Source: Octopus sinensis
Lineage: Eukaryota
DNA length: 64,000 bases
NCBI RefSeq assembly: GCF_006345805.1
Contig: NC_043009.1
Coordinates: 16,120,001 to 16,184,000 of the forward strand
Direction: 5' to 3'
The stretch's first letter is position 1, and each line of letters opens with the position of its first letter. Positions 24,831-36,274 of this stretch are shown here, piece after piece. Both the position numbers and the translations under genes were made by a program. The notes under the pieces were generated by a model. It was not told the DNA's origin and did no database searches. It worked only from the letters and a program-made list of their open reading frames with translations.

Positions 24831-25231
24831 CTGACAAGGTGGAATCTCAGGGAGACGACAATCGTCTGTGAAGGTGGAGCAATCATCATGTGTATCTACT
24901 CTTCAAACGGCCGCAACCGAAATGCATCTCCCAATGTTGCACCATGAATTTTTGTTATCCTCAAATTTCATATCGAATGTCTGTATCAATAACGTTCGAT
25001 GTATTTGACGTTCGATGTATTGTAGGACTCATCGTCCTACAATAGTCTGCAGAAACTTCCGAAGTATATTGAGATTTCCACTTCTAATATTTCTATCACG
25101 AAGCAGTCGCCAGCAAAGTCTACTAAGTGTTGCGGAGTAAGATAGGAAGGAATGGAATCTGCCCGTAAATCTCCTATGTGTATTTGTGCCGACGCACAGA
25201 GATATTTTGTGTTCTAATGGGAATTCTAGTT

Positions 25232-25272
<41 letters not shown>

Positions 25273-25279
25273 TATATAT

Positions 25280-25530
25280 CATCATTGTTCGACCGTGGTC
25301 GAGACAATGGAATTTACTATGCTACGCCAGGAGGTCCTGTTGCTGGATGCCTGTATCCCTGGAGATTACATCAGGATAGAAGAGTGTGCGCCCTCTGGTA
25401 TCGCAAGTAGATGGCTTCCAGAGGAGAAGAGTAGAAATTGCCTCGTTTCCAGCTCTACAACAATGTCCAGCAAACTGTACTCTCCTACCTTTCACAAGAG
25501 ATGATACAGGTGGTAGTTTCCTATATATTT
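25280..25530 (-). mobile_element. RTE-like LINE C-terminal fragment between (TA)n tracts
   Basis: VKGRRVQFAGHCCR...ISTLLLWKP...RGRTLFYPDVISRDTG in ORF 25322..25627. Confidence 0.65.
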
Positions 25531-25541
25531 GTGCTTTGGTT

Positions 25542-25599
<58 letters not shown>

Positions 25600-25639
25600 A
25601 GCAATCGTGAAGCAACTTCTTATTCAAACTTTCGGCTTC

Positions 25640-26190
25640 TTGGCCTTGTAGTAAGGATTATTTGCCAACATAATGTGCCAGTTTTGGTAAGGACGATTGT
25701 TACTGTTATTTAACCCCAGGAAACATCGTCTCCAGCTGTTATACGACACACTATCTGTGTCCTTATATTTTTGAACAAGGGAGTTTAGCGTCCCCAATCA
25801 CCTCAAAGCATTATCTGCCACCAATGGTTTATGGATTATTTCCCTTCTTCAGCACAGAATAACTGCTCGGCTATAGATGGCACCACTAAACTCTTGTTCG
25901 AAATATATACTTTTCAAAGCCACACCAACACTAATAAATTAAAAAATTATTATTTCTAAATTTCTGAACGAGAGACACTCAGTAACAGTAATCTAGAGTA
26001 AAGATTATTTGCCAACATGATGTAGCAGTCCTGGTTAGAAAAATTGCTACTGTTATTTAGCCCCAGGAAACATCGTCTCCAGCTGGCTATACAACACATT
26101 ATCTTCGACATTATATCTTCGAACCAGGGAGTTTAGCGTCCCCATTAAGCTCTAAGCAAAAACTGCGTAACAATGGTTTCTTGGTTCAAC
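25640..26190 (+). repeat. Two diverged direct copies of a ~190 bp repeat
   Basis: gattatttgccaacat...ccccaggaaacatcgtctccagctg...gggagtttagcgtcccc occurs at ~25655 and ~26002. Confidence 0.75.
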
Positions 26191-27032
26191 TACCATCCGT
26201 GAAACATCTGTATTCCTCCCCATGCCAGTCATATCTTATGTCCCAGCCGTAAGGCTTCCCTTCTACATACGCCAGCTCAATTTTTTCCGTCCTTAGTCGA
26301 AAGACACCTGTTGTTATGTCCTGCTATTTGCATTTGTATTTGTGTACCATTTCTCCGTATTTTTTCCGTCCTTGATTTCGTATACATTCACTGCTTTCTT
26401 CCAAGGAATCTAGTGCTCTTAGCTTAGTTCTTCCTTGGGGTTGGCTAGATTGGAGCAATCTCGAGTATAACCAGCCGAAATTGCAAAGATAATCTGGAAC
26501 TCGACTGAGGGAAAAAAAACTTCGAATGACTCGTCCGTGTTTTTCTTGTCCCTTTTTGTATTCCTTTTTATATACATATTGCGGCGTACGTACACTATGT
26601 TCTTTCTCTCTCTCTCTCTTTATATACATATATATATATATATATATACATATCGTTGTGACACACAATGTGGCTATGTAAGAAAAAGAGTGTGAAATAT
26701 CTAATGCGATTTGTAGGTACGTTGTATTTTGTTATGCAACCATAATATACTATAAATTACATTAAATATTTTTAGAAGTCAATCTCTCGTTCTGCTGCAT
26801 AACAGTGCACTTTCTATAGTTTTTCATCTTCGGTCTCATTGTTTGTTTACATCTGACGTCTGGTATACGAAACATCGTAGCTAAAATCAGTGCTGGCTAT
26901 AATTTTTATAGGATATCTACAGACATAAGCTTAATAAATAACATCATAAATAAGTAACAAAAATATATTTACGCATTTAAGTGTTTAAGTGTAACAGAAA
27001 AGAATCTGCAAAAACAAAACAGTGGTACTTAC

Positions 27033-27856
27033 TTGCCCTCGCTCTTCTGTCTTTCACCAGTGTCACCCAGTTTTAAAATGGCATTTGATAATGCCTCTGT
27101 ATAGGCTGTGTCTTTCCGTACAGCAAATCCATAACCTTTCAAATCGAATGGATTTCCGATTTCCATAAGATCGCATTTGTCAGCAATTTCCCATCGAAGT
27201 GTCGGAGAATCCCAGATAAAGGCATATTTGGTGTTTCTTGCTCTAGCTAATCCTTCTTCTACCCTTTGTACAATGCTCTTGTCATTAAACCTCATATGGA
27301 GCCACATCTTACTATAATGACTAATATTGGTGTGCTTGAAAAAGTCTTCAATTTGGCTCTCATTTACCGTTCCATAGTCATATGCTGTTTGATATGCTAG
27401 GTCTGCTGCGTTTTCTATTGGTAAATAAATGTTAGTAACAGTGAGAAAAGCAGCAAGATTGGCTGTGTACACAGATATGATAATCAGTGAAAAAAGCCAC
27501 CATGAACTACTTATGATTCTACTAGATACTGCTAATGGGGAACTCTTCAGACTTCCACGTAGTAATGTTCCCCATATGTACCAAAAGCTCTCGAGGAAGT
27601 TGTGCGTATATTTGCGGTGTTTGTCAGAGTTGACTCGACTCACGCCAAACAGTGCAAGGCTGACCACGAGAAAGGATAAAAATATTGCAATCCACACATA
27701 GTTTGATAACGGAAATAAAAACTGAAACATCCACACTGTTCTCTGTGGCTTCTTTACGACCACTGTGGTACCTTTCGTCATGAATGACTTGGTAAAGTCC
27801 ACCACTTGTGATCGCTCAGGGGTAACGCTAAATGGTGCCAAAGCAACATCAGCTTT
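27033..27856 (-). CDS. iGluR-family exon (824 nt, phase 0-2): end of S1, M1, M2 pore loop, M3 and most of S2
   Basis: Acceptor ttatttcag|AAAGCT and donor GGCAA|GTAAGT. Motifs KADVALAPFSVTPER-VVDFTK, WWLFSLIIISVYTANLAAFLT, AFIWDS and KGYGFA. ORF 27029..27841. Confidence 0.97.
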
Positions 27857-27860
27857 CTGA

Positions 27861-27937
<77 letters not shown>

Positions 27938-27939
27938 TG

Positions 27940-28014
<75 letters not shown>

Positions 28015-28022
28015 TAATAATA
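27861..28022. repeat. (TAA)n microsatellite abutting the acceptor of the large exon
   Basis: Direct reading. Confidence 0.95.
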
Positions 28023-28577
28023 ATGCCCTGATGCAGTACCAGGCAGTGGCTCTCATGGCTTCTGATCTTAACTGATTGGAAGTGTTATGTACATTGTTTT
28101 GTCTTGGTATAAAAGATGGGCTACAGCAAAATATTCTGCTCAATACCACAGATTTGCTTGTCAGTTGTTTGACCTTAACCAGTTGAGCATGTCCCTTAGT
28201 GGCTGACGATATGTGCATCTCTGATCACGAGCAGAAGTAGTGGGGGAGCATCATAGCCATGTGTTGAGAAGGATTCTTTGGGGTTTGAATAATTCATCTC
28301 TGGAAACATGGGTGTTTCGTTCAACGTCCTTAAACAACCCTTATTCAGGGACCTTTTGAGCGGGATGCGTTACTCGATCTGAAGAAAATTCTAACTGGGC
28401 TCCACCTGCAAGGTCATGTGCTGCTTATCTTGATATGAGATCACCATGTCGCGCACATATGGTTGTGATGCATGTGCCTGGTGTACCCTTATCAGACGGG
28501 TAGTCATGATGGGTATACTGGGCTTCGTATATTTTACCCCAGTGTCACTTTGATGGCATGCTCTGCTCGCTCACTCA
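28023..28577 (+). mobile_element. Longest copy of family C (TAA)n-flanked non-autonomous element
   Basis: tgccctgatgcagtacc...gctcactc, with (TAA)n on both sides. Homologous to 2553-2813 and to the reverse complement of 33663-34194. Confidence 0.85.
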
Positions 28578-28589
28578 ATAATAATAATA

Positions 28590-28624
<35 letters not shown>

Positions 28625-28659
28625 TAATAATAATAATAAGGATAATAATAATAATAATA

Positions 28660-28691
<32 letters not shown>

Positions 28692-28711
28692 TGATGATGA
28701 TGATAATAATA

Positions 28712-28780
<69 letters not shown>

Positions 28781-28989
28781 CAATCATAATGATAATCATA
28801 ATGATAATCATAATAATAATATTGAAGCATAAACGAAACAGAATATATTACGTAACATCAGAATATGTACAGAGAAACAAGCATATTATTTCAGATAGCC
28901 CAGTCTTAGAGCCAAGAAGAATACATTTAGAATTAAAATTCATGTGAAGCTTTGAAACGTTGAAAATTTTGCCAGTATATCAAAGGTGG

Positions 28990-30480
28990 TGAGGATTATA
29001 ATGGTAATGTTTGAGCACCAGAAAATAATTTCGAATTTAGTACAACTGAGAAACAAACTTCCTTTATAAACATTAAATCTTGAAGTTAGCGTTCATTCTT
29101 TCATTTTAATACACGCAGTTGGTGCTACCCATTTAGAATAATCCACTTTTTGAATAATTCCATTTTCTCTAGTCTGCCTAATTCTTCCTCTACCTGTTTT
29201 ATCGTAGCAAAAGGTACCTTTTGAACACAGGTACAACGTTTTCATATACTTAGAAACAAGTCTGTATCTTAGTACAGAGACCTAATTTACCCAACAGCAC
29301 TTCAAAGAACAAGTTTTTAAATATTTTCTTCAACTCAGCTGATGCGTTATTTTGAGTGGTAGGAAAGCCATTTAATTTTTACAGTACAGACTTATGACAA
29401 GATCCCATAAGACGAACGACTCCATCCAGTCCGTACTGAACAGGCTGGTTGTATCTTTTAACAAGAAAACTTTTGCTCCACTGGTTTTAACACGAAATGT
29501 AATATCGCTCCACATTTCGCCAACGAAGTATAGTTTTTTTACCTGTCACACTTCGTGCAATTTTCGATGTTTTTTTAAAGTTAGGTTTCCCAATTCTTTT
29601 CCACGTGTCAGTATCAATAATCGAAATGTCGCTACCAGTAACTAGTTGTAATTTAATATTCACTTCATTTACTTTTACATGTAAAATTTCCTCTTTTTGG
29701 TGTCGTTCCTATTTTCCGTTGAGAAAACTTTAGAATTTATGTTCGATCTTCTAGACTTTGCACTGGCAACTGTAAAATTTCCGCGTTTTGAAAGGACAGT
29801 CTTTCTTTAAATGTAGGCCTGTAAGAAGTCCTTCTATTCTATATTTTTTACGTCCTGTCACAAGTTTACCATTCTTTGTCACTCCTCTGCAATTGTCTGT
29901 AGGTTTAAACTCTGGTCCGCTTGTTTAGGTTTTGTGAGAATTCTTGCCCGTGTTGCCGCATTTTTGTTTGCCGTCAGCCCTTGTACAAAGAAGAGGCACT
30001 TAAGCATATCAGGAGTTAGTTCCTTCAGTTTAAGCCTTTCGCACATTATGTTTACGGTGCCGGTATACGTGACAAAGACTTCATCCGCTTTTTAAACTAG
30101 ATTGTAGCATTCCCCCCATAGAGTGTTAAATAGGGAACTCTTATCACTGAACAATTTTGATAGTAATTCAACTGTTTCCTATAAACAAATTTCACTAGTT
30201 TTTTGGGGTAGTATATAGAGTTCTCTATTGTAGAGTTCGATACGCCGTCTGGTGAAAACGAACCTGTTAGACTCTTGGGTGCTTTGTTCGACTCTTGAGT
30301 ATTCTTGTTTGACTCTTGAGTACTGTTGTTCGACTCTTCAGTACTGTTGTTTCACTCTTTCAGATGTTGTTGCTACACTCCTATTGGTGTTTTCCAGTTA
30401 CTTATTCAACAGAATTATAGAAGCTAATATGTCTTCCATAATTGACAACTAGATATCACAAAAATTTGCATGAGCTCCGA
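28990..30480 (-). mobile_element. Ty3/Gypsy LTR retrotransposon internal remnant (gag, protease, start of RT)
   Basis: Gag-like LKCLFFVQGLT...TRARIL, protease LQLVTGSDISII...WKRIGKP (catalytic D lost), TDWMESF, and RT start VPFA...EELGRLE...SKWVAP. A 21-bp tandem repeat lies in gag at ~30286-30370. Confidence 0.75.
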
Positions 30481-30497
30481 ATCCTCGGCTCCAATAT

Positions 30498-30768
30498 TGT
30501 TGTATCGTCGATTGTTACGACGATACTTTTTTGCACTATAACCGTGTAGTAACAATAACATATATAACGAAGGGCAACAACAACGTAACAATCCAACAAA
30601 CTCTCCAGGAGCTATACTCGAATCAACAAACTATATTCAGACAACTACCAAAACGACACCTTACGATTTCCTGCAATTAACGCCTATTCTCTCTCATCTC
30701 ACTCAGACCGCTACTATTTATTCGGTCAGTCTATTCTGGCTGGCGGTGTCGTAACTCTCGCCACAACA
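30498..30768 (-). mobile_element. 5' LTR (271 bp) of the Gypsy remnant, followed by a PBS-like sequence (30481-30494)
   Basis: TGTTG...CAACA termini. The minus strand continues ata-ttggagccgaggat, then the gag start ATGGAAGAC. Confidence 0.7.
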
Positions 30769-30771
30769 ATA

Positions 30772-31146
30772 TCTTTCTATACATAAACGGCAAAATGTCT
30801 GTGTGTGTGTGTATGTGTGCGTGTCCATTATAAAAATCCACAATTTTTCAGTTAGAGGGCTCGCACTATCTATGGTCATTCAAAACCATCCAAGGGTGGT
30901 CGTGCACATCTTTACATTTCCCCAGTCACCCCGCAAAGCCATTAAAAATCAATAGAAGATACTTTTTATGAATTTCTATCCAAAACCCAATCAAAATTCC
31001 CGAAACTTGATACGCTAATTGAATGCCAGCTAGCTGTATGTGATTGGTCGGAGATTTGGATAGTACTCGCGTGTATGTATGCACGCACGCAGCTGTATAT
31101 GCATGCACTAGCACTATGTCCCGGCGTTGCCGGGTCACAGTGCTAG
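30772..31146 (+). mobile_element. Non-autonomous Helitron-like element
   Basis: A|TC 5' start (tctttctatacataaa), subterminal hairpin cccggc-gtt-gccggg, CTAG|T 3' end, and no TSD. Confidence 0.75.
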
Positions 31147-31609
31147 TCCATATATACATGTCAATATGTATTCAATAGCGCTTCTGGGTATGACTCGATT
31201 AAATGACTATGATTTTCCTTCTCAGTGACCAAACATCTATGGTGGGTTAGTTTATTTTTTATCCATGAAGCAGTTGAAATATGGAACTGAACAGCTGTGC
31301 AAAATATTTATTTGTTTTACATTTCATTTCCAAGTAATATTCACATGTTGCTTTTAAAATTATGCATTTGGTGTATTTAGGGATCATTACCTTTGGTAGC
31401 ATCGCAATATAGCATTTGAAAATGACACGTAAATCGAAATACTTTGGATTCATATACTAGTTTGATATTAACACAATTGCACACACATTTAAAAAAAAAA
31501 ACAGAAATTACAATAAAAGCACATAGGCTTATAATTATATATCAGCGTAATGTAGGGTAATATGAAATAAAAGCTAAAAAGTAAGTTGTATGTGATACTT
31601 GGTGCTTAC

Positions 31610-31831
31610 ATTATCCATTAGTTCTCGGATCATTCCTGTCCAACCTCTTTTCTTCTTGCTGCCAAATTTTCCATCGGGTGCGAGATAAATTTCAAATTGA
31701 AATTTTAAAATCTTTGACATGGCTTTAAGTATATCAATGCAAAACCCCTCCAACTGCAGGTTATTTCTGGACTTAACAGGATCATCGTTTAGATAATCGG
31801 TGGAGTTTCTCACTTGAACAAAAGGTGGTTC
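31610..31831 (-). CDS. iGluR-family exon (222 nt, phase 0-0), S1: EPPFV...EGFCIDILKAM...APDGKFG...GWTGMIRELMDN
   Basis: Acceptor ttttattctattcag| and donor AAT|GTAAGC. Canonical S1 motifs EPPFV, EGFCIDIL, DGKFG and WxGMIxEL. Confidence 0.95.
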
Positions 31832-32179
31832 CTGAATAGAATAAAAGAACATTTTATTATGTGCAGCAGCATTTGACAAAGTCAGAATCGTAGATTCCCA
31901 CCTACTGTGCTCCTCTTTCTCTCCCTCTTATCATCCCCCCTCTCTCTCCTTCTCTCATATTTTTATTTACATATATATATATACATACACCATACACACA
32001 CACATAGGCGACTTAACATGAAATCCTTATACGACAATGTGACATTCATTTGACTAAAGTATCTTTGGTCTGAAGAATAGCTAGTAGCAGAGTACCCTTC
32101 GTTTGAGTAATTACTACTTCCGAAGTTCTACTAACTAGGAGACCTATGTAGCTTGAATTTTATCTATTCCATTCTCTAA

Positions 32180-32560
<381 letters not shown>

Positions 32561-32738
32561 AGAGGGACGGACACATGGATGGATACGAGAAACTTTATCG
32601 ATCACTACAACTGTTTCCACCTATATAGCATCTACATCGAGGGATACACCTAAACTAGATGTTCAGTATCCTACCGACATGGGATCTTCCGTCTTTCTCA
32701 TGAATCATATATACTTTATATATATATGTGTGTATTTA

Positions 32739-32794
<56 letters not shown>

Positions 32795-32795
<1 letters not shown>

Positions 32796-33075
32796 CAAAG
32801 TGAGGAATACGTGTAACTTCATTACAGCTGTTTCCAGCGGATTTCTTTAATCGATTAATGAGTGCATTACATCATAACTTAAAAAACGACTGCTTTCATA
32901 TGATGATGCATAACATTTCAACACAATACAAGAATAGTACTTTACCACAGTAGGCCAGTCGAACATGATACCAGCCGAAGCTGGATTGGAAGTTCTGATG
33001 TAATGTATTCATTAACCTATTAAAGAATTCCGCTGGAAACGTCTGCAATGAAGTAACGCGTATCCCCCATTTTGC
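32795..33075. mobile_element. MITE with ~80 bp imperfect terminal inverted repeats and TA target-site duplication
   Basis: gcaaagtgaggaatacgtgtaacttcatt...cattacatca pairs with tgatgtaatg...aatgaagtaacgcgtatcccccattttgc. The element is flanked by TA. Confidence 0.75.
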
Positions 33076-33570
33076 TATTTATTTATTTGTTCATAACATA
33101 CCACACTAGAATCCCGATCCGTCAGATATTCTGGAGTATACCAAATAACGTACGACCTACACAACGTACACTTTACAATTAGGCCACAGATTTATTTAAG
33201 ATTTATTTATACTTGCAGTCTTTAGGCTAATTTCCAACTCACCTGTGTTCTGATTAATACACTGCATACAAACAATGCCACTAGAACCTGGTGAATTATT
33301 GTCTTATATAGAAAATTAATATGGACAGCTTTGAGAATTGTAACCAAAAATGAAAACTATAAATGTCACTAAATATGACTAGGGTGTAAGTACACCTACA
33401 TTGCTAGAAATAATGTAGGTGAAATACCCTAATCAATCGAATCGAGTGGTCCCTACTGACGACGCTACGAAGTTAGCCGAAACTGACTGATCAGTAAAGG
33501 GAATTCTCGACCGGTGTTACTTGCAAACTTCCTACATTTGGATCCTTGGATCTTACTTACTCATATATAC

Positions 33571-33624
<54 letters not shown>

Positions 33625-33662
33625 TGTGCGTGTATTATTATTATTATCATTATTATTATTAT

Positions 33663-34193
33663 TGAGTGAGAGAGCAGTGCATGCCATCAAAGTGACACTG
33701 GGGTACAAATATACGAAGCCCAGTGTACCCATCAGACACATGCATCACAACTATATGTGCGTGACATGGTGATCTCAGATCAAGATAAACAGCACATGAC
33801 CTTGCAGGTGGGGCCCAGTTAGGAATTTTCTTCTGGTCGAGTAGCCCATCCCGCTCAAGAGGTCCCTGAATAAGGGTTGTTTAAAGGCTGTTGAACGAAA
33901 CACCCATGTTTCCAGAGGTGAATTATTCAAACTCCAAAGAATCCCTCACAACACACGGCTATGATGCTCCCCCACTACTTCTGCTCATGATCAGAGATGC
34001 ACATATCGTCAGCCACTAAGGAACATGCTCAACTGGTTAAGGTCAAACAACTGACAAGCAAATCTGTGGTATTGAGCAGAATATTTGTTGTAGCCCATCT
34101 TTTATACCAAGACAAAACAAGTTTACATGATAACACTTCCAATCAGTTAACATCAAAAGCCATGAGGACCACTGCCTAGTACTGCATCAGGGC

Positions 34194-34194
<1 letters not shown>
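33663..34194 (-). mobile_element. Inverted copy of family C element
   Basis: Reverse complement of 28023-28577 at high identity by eye, flanked by (TTA)n on the plus strand. Confidence 0.85.
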
Positions 34195-34278
<84 letters not shown>

Positions 34279-34346
34279 TTATTATTATTATATTATTATT
34301 ATTATATTATTATTATTATTATTATTAATTATTATTATTATTATTA

Positions 34347-34408
<62 letters not shown>

Positions 34409-34412
34409 TTTA

Positions 34413-34449
<37 letters not shown>

Positions 34450-35917
34450 CATCATTAACTAACGATCCAGAGATGGAGTTAAGGATTAAGAACATTAGTT
34501 AGAATATAGAGAAATACTACATAATCCAAGCTTATTTCAACGGTTATATCGAATTGCTTCCATAAAGTTTTGAAACTGCATTCTGTTTCGCTTACGTCTT
34601 GCATTAGACTACTTGCTGTTATAATTAAATTTCTCTATCAATAATTACCTTTTCAGATAAGATTCATTAGTTTGTTGAAAATTAATTAGATATGCTTGCT
34701 CTTTAGGGAATTTCGATCTAGAACGTAAATTTATTTATGTATGCACTTCATATATATCTTTCCACTTCACTATAACATATGCCGATTATATTAATAACTT
34801 CTGTGAAATGTTTTCACAAATATTTTTACATTGTTTTAATATTATTCATCAGAATTAAATTTTCTGATTTTACTTCAAAGATATAATAGTAAAAGCAACT
34901 GCCTCTCCGATCTTTGCATGAAACAACGAATAAATTCGTTTTGTGCATTTGATGATATTGGTTGATTATTGTTTATGTGAAAGCATTACGGTGCTGGCAG
35001 AATCGTTAGCGCACCGGGCGAAATGCTTCGCGGGATTTTGTCCGTCTTCACGTTCTGAGTGCAAATTCCGTTGACTTTGCCTTTTATCCTCTTCGGAATC
35101 GATGAAGTAGATACCAGTTGAGCATTGAGGTCGATGCAATCGATTCAGCCCCTTCCCCAACTTGCTGGCCTTTTACCAAAATTTGAAATCAAAATTATTC
35201 GTCAGAATAAAATTTTCTGATTTTACTTTATAATAGTAAAATCACTTGCCTCTCTGATCGCAGCATGGAACAGCGAATAAATTGGTTTTGAGTACGCGAC
35301 AATATTCGTTGATTATTGTTAACGTATAAGCATTGTGGAGTTTAGCCGAAGTCGCTTTTGCTTTTCATCATTTCGGGGTCAATGAAATAAGTACCAGTCG
35401 TATACTGGGATCGATGAAACAAGTACTGGTCACATATAGGAATCGACGTAATCGTTTAGTCTCCTCCCCTAACTTTCAAGCTTTGTGCCTATAGTACAAA
35501 GGACTATGTAATTTACCGAATTCGGTTGGTTATCTAAATGATTATCACAAAGCGTTATTGTTACAAATAGACGAGGTCTTTTTATTGGAAATGATATGCT
35601 TATACTCATATTTGCAACGCTGGATGATTTAAAGATTACTGGATATTAAAGATAAACAGAAGCTTTATTACTGAAGAAAATGCTATATTTATTACAATAT
35701 AGGGTCACGACCTTGTGCTTATATACACTCACACACATATACAGTATGGTATATATATACGATAAATTTTCAGTTTCCGTCTATCAAATCCACACAAGGT
35801 TTCGTAAGGTTTCGTTCGGGTGGGGCTATAGTAGAAGACACTTGCAGCAGGTTACACGCTTAAGGTCTGAACCTAGATCAATAGGTTGGGAAGGGAGCTT
35901 CTTACCATACACAAGTA

Positions 35918-36274
35918 CAGACCTCACTAAGTTGACTAAGGCTAGTAGTCAGCCCCGGTATTGCTAAAAATAATTGTCAGAACAACTCTTAGTGACGAGG
36001 AGCACTTATTCAATGACTGATTCCTACGCTATTTTCTATAAACTGACTATGCGTGTTACTTTTAACCCTCGGCAACTGGGTGATAGTCACTGATGAGGAT
36101 AAATCAAATCCAAAATCATCGATGATAAGGCTCTGTCTAGCTTGCTGTAGGGAGCTAGTCTCCCTTGTCAGTCGTTAGATAAGCGCTTCTCGTGGCTAAG
36201 ATTTGTTCTGACTCATATTTCTAACAATACTGGTGCTGACTAGTTAGTACCCTTAGTCACCTTAGTGATGTCTG
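35918..36274. mobile_element. Tc1/mariner-type MITE with ~105 bp imperfect TIRs
   Basis: TA|CAGACCTCACTAAG...CTTAGTGATGTCTG|TT. The arms pair through gtcagaacaa/ttgttctgac to gactga/tcagtc. Confidence 0.75.

Noticed and set aside
24257-24889. 210-aa minus-strand ORF
   Set aside because: It is antisense to a decayed RTE fragment whose motifs are on the plus strand, and it has no recognisable domain.
28023-28090. HDV-like ribozyme at the 5' end of family C
   Set aside because: I could not build the P1-P4 double pseudoknot by hand.
30286-30370. CRISPR-like or regulatory short tandem repeats
   Set aside because: This is a 21-bp head-to-tail coding repeat within Gypsy gag with no spacers, in a eukaryotic context.
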